A stretch of DNA of 63,966 bases, filler included, from Octopus bimaculoides (GCF_001194135.2; 3 parts of 3 records of this genome joined end to end with filler, not necessarily neighbours in it); one strand, 5' to 3'; shown: positions 39,128 to 52,737, counted from the first letter of the whole stretch. Program-made: numbers and translations. The notes: a model not told the origin generated them from the letters alone.

Positions 39128-39527
39128 TTATTGTTTGTTGCTCTATTGATTCTGCCCAGTATCCTAACAATTTCTATCAAAGCAAACAGCATCTCAATGT
39201 GACTATGCAGCTTGCTGGAAATAGCAATGAAATACTCCACCCACTAAAGAAAAAAGAATTATACTAGCGTCAAAAAGGAAGAACAGATTAGAAATTGTTG
39301 TTTAACCCTGGGCCAGATTTGATTGAGTTGACTTATGATCAAAAGTGTTGTAATTATGACCAATATATCTGTTCTTCCTTTTTGATGCTAGTATAATTCT
39401 TTTTTCTTTAGTGGGTGGAGTATTTCATTGCTATTTCCAGCAAGCTGCATAGTCACATTGAGATGCTGTTTGCCTTGATAGAAATTGTTAGGATACTGGG
39501 CAGAATCAATAGAGCAACAAACAATAA
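39128..39527. repeat. Near-perfect inverted repeat: 161-bp arms, 78-bp spacer
   Basis: 39128-39288 versus the reverse complement of 39367-39527; 2 mismatches counted by eye. Confidence 0.95.
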
Positions 39528-40593
39528 TGTATTTTGAGATTATTTATAAACCATAGATAATATATTTCTACAAACCTCAGTACATGACAGTCATGGCAGG
39601 AATTAAATTCTCAATGTAAAAGGATGCAATGAAATATATAAAGTTCATTAGTGTTAAACTAGTTACTTCCCAACTAGTAAATAAATTATTATTTGTTACA
39701 CTGGTACAATACCAACTCTTCTGTCACAAGTGCATTGACAAAAGCATGAAAGTAAAGTGATGCCCAGTAAAATTTAAAAGCAGTAGACATGGAGAGAACT
39801 AAATACAAGATATTTCTTTTTTCTTTCTTTCCATCCTACCAATTCTGACATTCACTAAAGAATGTATTCTAATCTCTTCATGAACCTCCACAGTGCCTCA
39901 GGCCGTCAGTTATCTTTAGTTCTGTGATGTTGAACAGATGAGAGAGAGAGAAAGAGAAATCACTTCTTCAATAGAATGCCAGCAAACTAACAATTACTCA
40001 CAGTTCCAGGGTGCAGTTACTGCCTGTAGTATTAGAAAATGGCTTTTAATCTAGGCACAAGGATAGTCATTTTGAAGAGGATTATTCAACACTTATGACT
40101 CCAGTTCTTAATACATATTTTATTTTATCAACCCCAGAAAGAGGAAAGAAAGACAGAGTTGACCTCAAAACGCAAAAAGCTAAAACAAATACTTGAAGAC
40201 ATTTTCCCAATGCTCTGATGATTCTGCCAGCTCCGTATCTTCAACAAAAATAGTCTCAAATTTTGGCACAAGGCTAGCAATTCTGGGTGAGGGGCAAAGT
40301 CGTTCACATTGACCCCAGTACTCAACTGGTACTTATTTTATCAACCCTATAAGGATAAAAGGCAAAGTTGACCTCAGCAGAATTTGAACTCAGAATGTGC
40401 AGACAGACAAAATGCCACTAAGCATTTTGCCCAGCATGTTCACGATTCTGTCAGCTCACCATCTTCAATAATAATAATAATGTGTACATTTCAAAAAGAA
40501 AAAACCCTGCCTATATTACATTTTCTATATTTCTTAAATATAGATGAGATCCCTGCACTCAAATATTTACTGTATTGGAAGCTGTCTACAGAA

Positions 40594-40599
40594 TTTATT
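40594..40599 (-). promoter_or_regulatory. Candidate proximal polyadenylation signal (AATAAA) for RAB29
   Basis: tttatt on plus, about 230 nt downstream of the stop codon. AATAAA is common in AT-rich DNA, so this is weak. Confidence 0.3.
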
Positions 40600-40829
40600 A
40601 GAATATTAACAATAGATAAATAACAATCAAATAAATAGAGGAGATCTCAGAAAAACAAAATCTCTCTTTCAGTAAAGCAAGTCATACAATAAATAAATAT
40701 TATCACCACCTTCACATACACACCATGTATCTTCTTACAAACGATGTCTTGCATTAATAAACACATTGGAAATGTCTTCGCAGAGGTACTGACTCCAATA
40801 ATAACCAATTTGATATGAAATTCAGTATT

Positions 40830-40959
40830 TTATCGGCAACATTTCCAAGAGGATACTTTTTGCTCCTTCAAATCAATAGTTGAGCCTTCATCACTTTGAT
40901 ATACATTTTCATTTTCATTTAGCTGTTTATGTTTGGTCATCATTTCATCTATTAGATAA
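40830..40959 (-). CDS. RAB29: RAB29-like terminal coding exon (130 nt incl. stop)
   Basis: (N)YLIDEMMTKHKQLNENENVYQSDEGSTIDLKEQKVSSWKCCR*; acceptor ttcctcag; double-cysteine prenylation motif; the SSWKCC ending resembles human RAB29 SSWSCC. Confidence 0.93.
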
Positions 40960-41986
40960 CTGAGGAAATAAGAGGAGGGAAAAAAAAGAGAAAAGAAAAA
41001 CTAAAATAAAACAGAGTTGTATTCAGATGAGGAAACAATAACAGAAATTATTTACACCTGCAAAGAGAGAAAGAGAGAGTTTTACATGGTTGAGACAATG
41101 AATGTAGGGACTTACAGCTGGAACAAAAAAAACATTAATGATGTCTAGTCACTGGAACCATGTTGTGATCAAGACAGCAATTAATATGCAATCTGCTTAG
41201 TTATTAGCTACAAAAATATAGTTGACTGCTTTAAGAACTAGGTGACTATACAATTTAACAGTGTTTATTAACCAAGCTCTCAGTTCATTTCTTTTGATTC
41301 ATATAACTTGAAGTAGGACGGGCTACAAGAAATAAACCTGCTTGACATACATGACTTGGAGAAAGATTCTTGTCTAGTGCCACAATGATTCAAAGGGTTT
41401 TAGAATTTAACATCACCTCCCTAAAAGAGACCCCTCTGACTGAGTTAACAAAAGAAAGGTTTACTCTACAAAGAGAGTTGAAAGTTTGCATACACATTTG
41501 ACTACAAGTTTCTTATTTCTTTATTACATACTCAGGCCAGTTTAAATGCTAAACAGTTAAAGCTGACCAAAGCATAAGAATACTAATGGTCATTGAAGGC
41601 CAAGGGATCATCATATCCCATTGTTAGAAAAGAAAACACTAGTGTCTAATCCAATAAGCTCTAGTCTATTACTACTACTACTACTACTATTACTACGAAG
41701 AGGCTCAGAATACTTCTACCAGTAGAAAAGGAAATTAAGGGACAAACAGGCAATGGTATTAGTTATAAGGGATGCAAGACAAAGCCAATCCTAGAAGGGA
41801 TTAAATCAAAGCAGAGACAAAAATTGTTCAAGCATACTGCATGACTAAATGTTTTATCAGCTTTCAAATCTACATGAAATCAATCAATCAAAATATATAT
41901 ATATATATATATATNNNNNNNNNNATATATATATTAGCGACAGAGGCAGTATTAACACAAAGAGGTCGTTTTATTGCCACTAAAAC

Positions 41987-42162
41987 GTGAATGTTCTGTT
42001 AGAACAAACTATACTGCAGTAGTTACTATGAGAGAAACTCTTATACTGGTATTTTGGTGGAAAATATGATATAAACAAGAGTGCATTTTGCACCAAAAGC
42101 CAATATGAGAGTTTCCCTCGTGGTATTGACCACTGTAATGTTTGTTCTAACAGAACATCCAC
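41987..42162. repeat. About 175-bp palindromic MITE-like hairpin in RAB29 intron 4
   Basis: Perfect 19-bp inverted repeat atgttctgttagaacaaac (41991-42009 / 42140-42158), with imperfect arms continuing inward to a loop of about 19 nt. Confidence 0.85.
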
Positions 42163-42601
42163 ATCTAAGTGGGGATAAATATTACCCTGTGAAATAAATC
42201 CCAACATTCATATGAGAGAGATGCTTCAGTTGTATAGCTCTCTGAAAAGTTTATTTCACTGCATGTTGCATGTACATGCACAATACACACGCACATACAC
42301 AAAACCTTTATAAGTGATTAATACCAAAAAGCATAAAACAACTTCTTTTTTAACATAATGATAAAAACTAAAGAGGATGGTAATAAATGCAATGAAATTG
42401 GATGCATACACACATTTTCTTCATATATATATATATATATATATATAAAATGATGCCTGTATGCAAACAGCCATGCTTCATGGCAGTGAAACTTGGGCTG
42501 TGACTGCAAAGGACACACAAAGGCTTGCAAGAAATTGAGTATGCATATGCATATCTTCAGAAGTTATGCAGGTTTACACACACACACACACACTGAGTTT
42601 T

Positions 42602-42642
<41 letters not shown>

Positions 42643-43466
42643 TAGATAGATAGATAGATAGATAGAGAGAGAGAGGTGTAATTTGTGTGGTAAGAAGCTT
42701 GCTTCTCAACCTCATGGTTCCAGGTTCAGTCTCATTGCATAGCACCTTGGACAAGGATCTTCTAGTATAGCCTCAGGCCGACCAAATCCTTGTGAGTGGA
42801 TTTGGTAAACTGATAGAAGCTTATTGTGTATGTATGTATGTGTGTGTATATATATATATATGTGTGTGTGTACATAATCAAAATAAGCAACAAGGATATC
42901 CAGAGGTAATGCAGTACGATCGTTTCAAGCAACTCCATTTAATTGAACAATGCAATCATTACATCAATTTAAATGCAGAGCAATCTTCAGCTGCATAAAG
43001 ACATAGAATTTAATTAAATTAAAACAGATGGACACATTAGAATAATTTTACCTAAAATCTCCAAGGTAAGGAGATAGACAAAGAACATGCTGTCTTCACT
43101 TCAGCTTAGAAGTTACTAATATATATATATATATATATAATCTATCTATATATATATCTATCTATATCAATATATATATATATATATATATATAATTAAT
43201 AAATTAATANNNNNNNNNNNNNNNNNNNNNNNNNNNNNNNNNNNNNNNNNNNNNNNNNNNNNNNNNNNNNNNNNNNNNNNNNNNNNNNNNNNNNNNNNNN
43301 NNNNNNNNNNNNNNNNNNNNNNNNNNNNNNNNNNNNNNNNNNNNNNNNNNNNNNNNNNNNNNNNNNNNNNNNNNNNNNNNNNNNNNNNNNNNNNNNNNNN
43401 NNNNNNNNNNNNNNNNNNNNNNNNNNNNNNNNNNNNNNNNNNNNNNNNNNNNNNNNATATATATGG

Positions 43467-44037
43467 GTACAGGCATGGCTGTATAGTAAGATGTTTGTTT
43501 CCCAAACATGTGGTTTCAGATTCAGTAAGGCAGCAAGCTCACAGAATCATTAGCACATTGAGCAAAATGCTTAGCAGCATTTCATCTGTCTATGTTCAGA
43601 GTTCAAATTCTGCCATGGTCAACTTTGCCTTTCATCCTTTAGGAGTCGATAAAATAAGTGCCAGTTGGGCACTGGGGTTGATGTAATTGACTTACCTCCT
43701 TACCTCCTCCCTGCAAACCTTTGCATGGTACCTTGGGCAAATGTATTCTCCTACAGCCTCAAGCTGACCAAAGCCTTGAGTGGGTCTGGGAGATGGAAAC
43801 TGAAAGAAGCCTGTTATGTGCATATGTGTGTGTGCATTTATGTGTTTGTCCCCCACTATCACATGACAATTAGTGTTCGTTTGTTTATGTCCCCCGTAAC
43901 AATAGTTCAACAGAAGAGTCTGATAGAATAAGTACCAGACTTGAAAAGAAAAGAAAATAAGTAGTGGGGTCAATTAGTTTAACTAAACCTTCGAGTAAGT
44001 GCCCCTGCATGTCTGCAACCCAATAACTGAAACAAGA
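43467..44037 (+). mobile_element. Family A SINE interrupted by a family B SINE (about 43527-43720)
   Basis: The family A head stops at ttcagattcagt; a family B body follows; family A resumes at ttgcatggtaccttgggc. Confidence 0.75.
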
Positions 44038-44076
44038 TTTATATATATATATTATATAACAAAAGGGTATACTAAC

Positions 44077-44198
44077 TTCATTGATTCTTTTATCATGCGA
44101 TTGTCTTTCACCGATATATTGGCCCATGCCAAGAAATTATGTTCCTTGCAAAAGGCATCCAAGTCTTTTTCAGATACACTTCTGATGGGAAGGTCATC
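44077..44198 (-). CDS. RAB29: RAB29-like coding exon 4 (122 nt)
   Basis: DDLPIRSVSEKDLDAFCKEHNFLAWANISVKDNRMIKESM+AA; completes the NKxD motif; SVK G5 motif as in RAB29; acceptor tttccag, donor AA|GTTAGT. Confidence 0.93.
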
Positions 44199-45649
44199 CT
44201 GGAAACAAAGAATGAAAGAGGAAAGAATGAAAAATACATTTTTCAACAAAGCCTTTGAAATGCCAACAGAACTAAATCAAATATTTAGTGAAGTATTTGA
44301 AATTATTGGAGATGAAAACAAAGGCTGGAAAATTTTATACAAATCACATTATGCCTGAATACCTTCTTTCTTTTCTTTCTTTCTCCATCTCTCATGTGAT
44401 GATTGTGGAAGTCCATAGAGAAACAAAGCAAGATATGTACTCTAGACAAAATCATAAAGGAACACCCACACAACCTATCCACACATAATAAAACATACAT
44501 GAACCTGTACATATCTGAGGCATGAACAGATAAGTGTGGCAATAAAACTGACATAAACATTACTATGAGTTGCTGCATAGCATAACATTATTTCTAACAG
44601 GGGTAAAGCCACCTACTCTAGAAGGGTCTGTTTTATCAACAATACTAAGTTACACTTTTCCATTCAGAGTTCAAATCATGCCAGAATCAACTTTACCCAA
44701 TCAGTCTTCTTAAGACCAATAGAAAAAGTACCAGTCAAGAACCAGAGTCAATTTTATTCAATACATCCCCCCTCCTCCTCCTAAAGTTTTGACCTTATGT
44801 CACTGTTAAGAATTATCTATACTATACTTTTGTGAAGTTTTGTCAGTGAACAGGTCGCGGTTTCAAAGCGATGAAGATATTTTGACACAAATGAAGTTTT
44901 AATGTTGAAGTGAAACTAACGGTATTTGTGTGTTCTTGAATGGTTTACAAACATCTTCCACGCTGCAATTGTTTTTGTTTCAGAACACAATCTCAGATCA
45001 AGTCACTTGCTATGCAAGTACATCTCCGTAATTTTTTAAAATCACTATGGATAAATGTCATCAATGACCTTCTCAGGCTCTCCAATATTTTAATTTCTAA
45101 ACAGAAACAATCGGGGGCAAGGAGTGGGGTTGCAAAAAATTCATAATTTCTCAACTTTTCTTTTTTATAGCATATAAATGTATTTATGGGGGGAAAATAT
45201 TGAAAAATATCAATATATGTGAGAGTGATAACNNNNNNNNNNNNNNNNNNNNNNNNNNNNNNNNNNNNNNNNNNNNNNNNNNNNNNNNNNNNNNNNNNNN
45301 NNNNNNNNNNNNNNNNNNNNNNNNNNNNNNNNNNNNNNNGGATGATGAAGCAGAGGATGTAAAAAAAATGAGTTTCCAAAACTTTTTCATACAAAGATAA
45401 CCGTCCCACCTGTGGTCTTAAAAAACTGGAAAAATCCCTGAAAAAATTTTCACCACAAATTTCTTTATAATCCTAATCTATGTTATTTGAAAGGGATTTG
45501 TATAAATTTTCATTAAAAGAAAACCATTTTCCTGAAAGTTATGAGGGAAAAAGTCAAAACGTGTGAATTTTCTGAAACTCCTCTCTCCACCCCCTCGCAA
45601 AAATTCTTTCCCATGAATCCCTATATGCTCTGAAGCCACAACATCTAAG

Positions 45650-46675
45650 TGATATTTGTAGGGGATGTATCTCTCAATGGTTGATTGTGGGCCAGGCCGG
45701 ATGGCCATTTGGAAGGAATTGAGGACAGGCACTGCGGACGAGATTTTAAATGAGGTATATTTAGAGCAGGGCCTTGTGGATGAATTGCTGATGGACAACA
45801 GCATGGCATTTTGTTCAGAAGCGCTGAAGGAGCTGCTTGACAGGAGGAAAGTGCACTGCTTTTTCAGAGCGGCATAGAGGCTGGGTGGAAAGGGGATCAT
45901 GTAGAGACATCATCGAATGATCAAGGCCGTAGTGGAGAGAGAACATATCTTGCCGCTGGAAGCGGTGTTCTGGTACAACATGTCGCCCCAATCAGGACAG
46001 GCTGAAGATTCCGTGCCACATAGAGCGACATTCAAATATGAATGGTGGCATCTGAGTAAAGCATCAAGATGCTCTGTAGAAGAGAGAGGGCCCGACTTTG
46101 TGGAGGTGGGAGATGAAGTCTGGGTCAAGCCACCAAACACACGCTGCACAATTCAGTGGAACAGAAGAATAGTGATGGCTGTCAATTCCAAAAACATCTC
46201 TGTGAATGGAATGCCATGTCATGTCTTAGATGTTTGTTGGATTGTTGCTTCGTCAGATGATGATTGTGGAGAAGAGGAAGAGAATGAGATTCCCAGTTTA
46301 AGAAGATCACAACGTGCAAGGCGCCCACTTGGGTGGGTGGTAGATTTCGACAGAGTGAAGTGAGGAAGTGATTTTTGAGATCAGGGGGGCATGTGAGGAT
46401 GAGCCAGAAGAAGAGGGCCATGACGTCAATGGTCAAGGGACTGACCGGAAGAGGAAGCATGAGAAGGGAAGTGCAGGGGAGACAGGACAGGGTCGGCCTC
46501 TTTTGGCTGGTCGAGGCATCATGAACGGACATCAGGGAATTCACTCCCGGACTGGTCAGATAGCAGCTGCTTATACTGGGTGACAGGGTAGGGGAGGATC
46601 GCTGGAGTGACTACTACTAGACAGGCACAGATGAGAGAGGAAGGAAGGTGAACCACTTTCCATTTCCCATGCACA
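45650..46675 (+). mobile_element. Gypsy integrase fragment, PPT and 3' LTR in RAB29 intron 3 (antisense to host)
   Basis: MVDCGPGRMAIW, ELLMDNSMAF, RHHRMIKAV, AVFWYNMSP, VGDEVWVKPP and RRSQRARRP; purine tract GAGATCAGGGGGG then TGTGAGG at 46392; LTR probably ends ...CCCATGCACA at 46675. Confidence 0.8.
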
Positions 46676-46775
46676 ACAGGAATCAAATGTGAAAATATTA
46701 TCAAGGAGCTAGCAGAAAACCGTCCAGAGGGCAGTCTCTCTGCTAGTTGTTATTAATGTTATTATTATTATCAGT

Positions 46776-47650
46776 AAGGCAGTGAGCTGGCAGAATCATT
46801 GTCAAACTGGACAAAATGCTTAACTGCATTTCATCCATCTGAAATTTTTGAGTTCAAATTCCACCTAGGTCAACTGTGCCTTTCAACCTTTCAAGGTCAA
46901 TAAAATAAGTACCAGTTGAGTATTGGGGTCAATGTAATTGACTTAGCCTCTCCCTCGAAATTGCAGGCCTTGGGTCAAAATTTGAAACTAATACTATCAG
47001 TAATGCAGCAAGCTCACAGATTCATTAGCATCAAAATGCTTAGAAGCATTTCATCTGTCTTTATGTTCCAAGTTCAAATTCTGCCGTGGTCAACTTTGCT
47101 TTCATCCTTTCGGAGTCAATAAAATAAATGCCAGTTGAGCACTGGGGTTGATATAATCAAATTACCTTTTCCCCACAAACCTCTAGCCATGTGCTAAAAT
47201 TTGAAATAATATTATCAGTAGTAGTAGTAGTAGTAGTAAGAAGAAGAAAACAGAGTAGCAGATGAAATTCTTTTGTATCTATATCTAGAGTCCAAAAATT
47301 GCCATGGGTTGATTTTGCCAGTCAACAAAAAGGAGCACTAGTCCAGTACTGATGTAGATAGTATCAACAACATAGACTTCAAACTGTTCAACCTTGTGCC
47401 AGTATTACAAATCATTATTAAAATGGTCATAAGACAGCGAGCAGGCAGAATCGTTAGCATGCCAGGTGAAATGATTAGCAGTATTTCGTCTGCTGCTACA
47501 TTCTGAGTTCAAATTCCACTGAGGTTGACTTTGCCTTCCATCCTTTCAGGGTCGATAAATTAAGTACCAGTCAAGTACTGGGGGTCGATGTGATCAACTT
47601 TCTCCTCCCCCAAAATTTCAGGCCTTGTGCCTACAGTAGAAAGGATTATT
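46776..47650 (+). mobile_element. Family B SINE cluster (46776-46996, 46998-47210, 47431-47650)
   Basis: Same consensus as 37930-38585. Further copies at about 2560-2720(-), 4310-4365(-), 12438-12555(+), 14040-14160(+), 40040-40465(-, two copies), 44665-44820(+) and 58826-58960(+). Confidence 0.85.
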
Positions 47651-48102
47651 AAAATGATCATATAATTTTAGAAAGGCTTATTAAAATGGTCATATAGTTG
47701 AAAACCTGAGTCTTTGACTCTTCCTGTGCTATATTGCTGACAATAACCTCCAGCAATTCACTTGCAGGCTTACCTTTAACCACACTTAATCTTCAGTGTA
47801 AAAGCAATTTGTTTTTGTTCTTTGTTTTTAATATATAAAGACATTATGAGTGAGTGGAATCAATCATTTCAATTTAATACAAAAATAGATAATGTTTAAA
47901 ATAAACAAAGTAAAATAAAGTTGGTATTCTGTTACAAATGGAAAATTCCAAGGTTTTAAAACAAGTCCTTCATCAAGAAGAGAGAAAAGTTAAGTTCTTA
48001 GTTGAAGCAGGAAAGAAAGATATGAACTGAGTTGCCCATACATGGGAGAAAAGTAGTAAGGAAGAGAGGAAAAGAGAGAGAGAGGATAATAATGTGAGTT
48101 AC

Positions 48103-48284
48103 CTTGTTAGCTAATAAGATACATGGCACTGGTGAGTTGTCAGATAAGGTACATTTGGAGTCAAGATCTTTCTTCCATAGTGCTGCACTCTTGAAAGTTT
48201 GTGACTGTGTTATGTCACACATCACAACACAACCAAACGCGTCTTTGTAGTATACACGTGTCATCGATGTGTAACGTTCCTGTC
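48103..48284 (-). CDS. RAB29: RAB29-like coding exon 3 (182 nt)
   Basis: (G)QERYTSMTRVYYKDAFGCVVMCDITQSQTFKSAALWKKDLDSKCTLSDNSPVPCILLANK; acceptor ttcag, donor AAG|GTAACT. The TSMTR and CVVM motifs are RAB29-like, not Rab32/38-like. Confidence 0.95.
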
Positions 48285-48327
48285 CTGAATACAGAAAGTA
48301 ATGAATGATATACATAACTAGATGTTC

Positions 48328-48368
<41 letters not shown>

Positions 48369-49049
48369 AGCTAACATGTTCGGTAATTCCTGGGAAAGCA
48401 GGGTTTATCCTTTGGTTCTGTTCTCATAATTGTTTCGCTAATCCAATAACAATACAAAGTATGTAGCCCTTAAAACAGTTTTTTGTGCATTTGCAGAGAA
48501 CAATGAACTGTCTTACACAGGATCTTGTTTTTAGGAATTCCCAATAAGTTATGAATACTCAAATTGTGAGGTCAGTTATGTAACAAGATGATATTAGTTA
48601 CCCGATAGTAAGAATTCAAATAAAGTAGTCCTGAAAAAGGCTTTAATGTGTTCGCAGAGTATATAGAACTTAGGAGGAAATACTAATAAGGCATGTATGC
48701 TAAAATCGTGAAGCATGTTACGTAATAATGGGCTAATCAGATAAGAGATAACAACAATTCAAAGTAAATAACTCTTTTGTGTGTTCCCAGAGAATATTAC
48801 CCTCAGTGGCGCTAGTGTTGGTATATTCATGAATAAGTCACTAACCAAAATAAGTGGATCCATTGTTTAGGAAAATACTATTTATTTGTTTAAGGATTGT
48901 ACTGAATAAATTGCAAAAATAACTAACAGTTCAAATACTAAGAAATAAGCATACTCAATTTGATTTATACCAAATGATTTAGGAAAATGAATGGGTTATT
49001 TCCCTTGGCTGTTAAAATATATTAGATATATGGATCCCTTCCAGAAGCC

Positions 49050-49211
49050 CTATTATCGATTTTTTTTCAACAACCTGAGTATGCCTTGAGATTTCCAGAC
49101 ACGAGTTCTACTCACGTGTCAAGTTTCAACAAAATCAATAAAACGATATAGGAGGAGTTAGCTGACAACTCCACAAACACACCCACAGACAGAATTTCCC
49201 ACATATGTAGT

Positions 49212-49217
<6 letters not shown>
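49050..49217 (+). mobile_element. Possible non-autonomous Helitron-like 3' end
   Basis: tgtcaagtttcaacaaaatc..., hairpin GGAGTT-agctgac-AACTCC, then acagacagaa...gtagtagat; resembles DINE/Lep1-type ends. Confidence 0.4.
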
Positions 49218-49245
<28 letters not shown>

Positions 49246-50120
49246 GTACAAGTGTGGCTGTGTGGTAAGATGTTTGCTTCCCAAACAACATGGTTTCAGA
49301 TTCAGTTCGACTGTGAAACATTGGGCAAGTGTCTTCTACTACAGTTTCAGGCTGACCAAAGCTTTGAGAGTGCATTTGGTAGACGGAAACTGAAAGAAGC
49401 CCACTGTGTGCACAGGCACACCTGTACACAAACATGCAAGCATGAAGTGTGTAAGAGGATTCTCATGTTTGTGGCTGCACATGTATGTATAGAATGTCTG
49501 TGCTTGACATGTTTGCATCAAGAATGCTGAAGTATGAAGCATTCACATTATATTGTTATAGTTAAACTATATTGTAAAGATACTATTTCCTGGTCATTTC
49601 CACAAGTCATATTTGCCACACACATTTTTTTAGAACTAGGATTGAAGTTACAACTATGCAATAATGCATGTAATGGATAAGGTGTATTGACCATCATAAT
49701 GGCATAAACTGGAATGTCATTTTAAAAAATAAATGCCACACACACAAATATATATCTCTTTTGTCATTATTTTACTTGTTTCAGTCAGACTGTGGCCATG
49801 CTGGGGCAGCGCCTTGAATTTTTAGTCGAATGAATCAACCCCAGTACTTTTTTGCTAAGACTGGTACTTTTTCTATTGGTCTCTTTTGCCAAAACTCTAA
49901 GTTACAGGGATGTAAACACACCAACACTGGTTGTCAAGTAATGGTGGAGAACAAACACTCACACGCACGTAACAGGTATTTTTCAGTTTCTATCTACCAA
50001 ATCCACTCAAGGCTTTAGTCAGCATGAAGTTATGGAAGAGACTTGCCTAAGGTGTCACACAGTGGGACTGAACCTAGAATCATGTGGTCGGGAAGCAAAT
50101 TTCTTACCACACATGCACCT

Positions 50121-50168
<48 letters not shown>

Positions 50169-50515
50169 NNNNNNNNNNNNNNNNNNNNNNNNNNNNNNNN
50201 NNNNNNNNNNNNNNNNNNNNNNNNNNNNNNNNNNNNNNNNNNNNNNNNNNNNNNNNNNNNNNNNNNNNNNNNNNNNNNNNNNNNNNNNNNNNNNNNNNNN
50301 NNNNNNNNNNNNNNNNNNNNNNNNNNNNNNNNNNNNNNNNNNNNNNNNNNNNNNNNNNNNNNNNNNNNNNNNNNNNNNNNNNNNNNNNNNNNNNNNNNNN
50401 NNNNNNNNNNNNNNNNNNNNNNNNNNNNNNNNNNNNNNNNNNNNNNNNNNNNNNNNNNNNNNNNNNNNNNNNNNNNNNNNNNNNNNNNNNNNNNNNNNNN
50501 NNNNNNNNNNNNNNN

Positions 50516-50558
<43 letters not shown>

Positions 50559-50744
50559 TATATATATATTCATTGTATATGTATATATATATATTATAAA
50601 ATGAAATTCCAGTTTATGCTGTATGCACATACATATGCACGTATGTCAACACACAGACACACGTTTATATGTTTCATGTTTGTAACAGTCTATAAAAGCT
50701 GAAATAGAAAGTGCACAATGATATTAAAAACCATCACTATAATT

Positions 50745-50935
50745 ATTTAATGTCCATCTTCTTTGCTGGCATAGGTTGAACAGTTTGACAAGATCTGGTG
50801 AGCCAGAGGGTTGCATCATGCTACAATGTCTACTTTGGCATTGTTTCTATAGCTGGATGTCCTTCCTGATGGAAACTACTTTACAGAGTGAACTGGGTGC
50901 TTATCTTTGCTTTTTTCTTTTAGTACCAGCACTTG
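50745..50935 (-). mobile_element. Old copy of an RTE-type 3' tail
   Basis: Reverse complement contains caggaaggacatccagctatagaaac and ttcaacctatgccagca...ggacattaaa, diverged versions of the 53100-53240 tail. Confidence 0.6.
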
Positions 50936-52109
50936 TGATGATTACTTCATAGCTTGCAAGAATAAGAGCCTAAAGTGGCCTGTATAACAGAAGAAGTTTC
51001 CTACAACAGTATTAAGATAGCAGTTGTCAGAGAACAATACTGACAATACTGCTTTTGAAAATATATTTAAAACTAAAATTAAATTTGTTTTGTTTTGAAT
51101 GAGGTTCTAGACATACAAGAGATTCATCGCCTTTAAGGGAACTCTTCTAAAACTTATGTGTAAACTGAAGAAACCACAAACTGAAGATTACTGCAATAGG
51201 AATCAGTGTATCAAGATATTGAACTGTCTTGACATCAGAGTCCTGGTCCAAGTGTCTGCAACAGAATAGATTCTGCAAAAAGTAGCCAAGAATCAGTTGA
51301 TGGCCTTAAACCAAGGGACATTAAGTCTAGAATAGAAAGACTTGAACAGCCTCCCAATAATCATTTTATTTATTTCAAATACCCAGTTGGATATTGTGTT
51401 TAACACTAACCACTCAACCATGAAGTAATAGTAGCACCTTATTCTGTTACTGGGAAAGTCTGACTAATCGTAATGTGATGTGAAATCAGTCAGGTTACAA
51501 CAGTTGAATGATTACACTGTAATTCTTTTTTTCCAGTTCACAAGGGAAAAAACCAAGCTTACTGGAGGTTGTAAAGTTGTTCAACCAAAAGAATTTAACA
51601 AATTAAATCAAAAGTAGCTTCAAATCACATTTTAATAAAGTAAAATATAAATTGAGTATATATTTCTAGTAAGAATATTGAAATCATGTTAAAAATAATA
51701 CTCAGTCAAAGCTCAAAAATAGATGACCAAATCAAACCAAGTTTATTTAGGGTGCATAAAAGTATGAAGTTCTTAATCCAATAAACCCTTACCATTCAAA
51801 GTTGGTCAGTAAGTGAACTTCTGTACACAACTCCTTTTCTCATACTTTCATCTGATGTACATACAATAAGTAAATTTTTGAAGGAATTACATTTTGAAGG
51901 AATTACATTTCAATATGTGTAACATGATTCAGGAATGGTGGTCTCAAGACAGACTTTTACAGAAAATAAGTTCAAACTGAAGGAAAACAATGAATATTAA
52001 GATGAAAATCAAGTATGTTTCATCATATCTCTTGCAAGAATTTTAGAAATGGAAATGAAAGCAAACTGTTTTCTGTAATTGAAGACACTTTCAAGCACAG
52101 GTATTCACA

Positions 52110-52562
52110 GTTTGTCTTGCCACCTAAATGCTTAATCATTAAACAGGCCCTGGCTTGGGTTAATATCCCCTCAGTTCTGGAGCAAGCAGGATTATCCAGA
52201 AGTGATGAGAAGAGACTAGATGGTCTTATCCTTTGTCCCTGGGTAAGAGGTAGGTGCCTCATCTAAGATGCTACAGTCTGTGACACCTTTTCTCCTTCCC
52301 ATATCCTGGATGCTGCAATAAATGGGGAGAGGGTGTCGCTGCTTCCATAGCTGAATGGAACAAAATCCTTATGTATTGGGACCTGTCAGTGAATCATTTC
52401 TTCCAGCCTGTGGTGTTCGAGACATTTGGAGGAGCTGAGCCACTATCGGCAAAGTTCTTATTGGCAGCTCACTTTACTGAGGTATTAGGTGATGCCCATG
52501 AGGATGCTAGGCTGTTCCAAAACCTTAGCCTCACCATTGCCCATGGCATTGCAATGCTGTGA
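52110..52562 (+). mobile_element. CRE-clade non-LTR retrotransposon C-terminal (RLE) remnant
   Basis: IIKQALAWVNIPSVLEQAGLSRSDEKRLDGLILCPWVRGRCLI*DATVCDT...FQPVVFETFGG...LFQNLSLTIAHG matches the CRE RPDGxTxxPWxxGxxLxWDxTVxDT...PxAxETxG pattern. Confidence 0.75.
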
Positions 52563-52737
52563 GTGTGTTGACTTGCTTCAGTAGGTTCCGGCAAACCTTG
52601 TGGTGTGCAATCAATTGAGACAGTATTGAACTGACATTCTTTTTTTCCTTTTTTCTTTCTTTGTTTCACTTTTCCCTTTTTTCTCCTGGTTTTGGATTTC
52701 TATTTTTGATGTGGTTTTGTATTATATATGTATCATA

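Noticed and set aside
41040-41080. Strong alternative acceptor upstream of the last RAB29 exon
   Set aside because: The pyrimidine tract is a (CT)n microsatellite, and use of it would stop after three codons; there is no other support.
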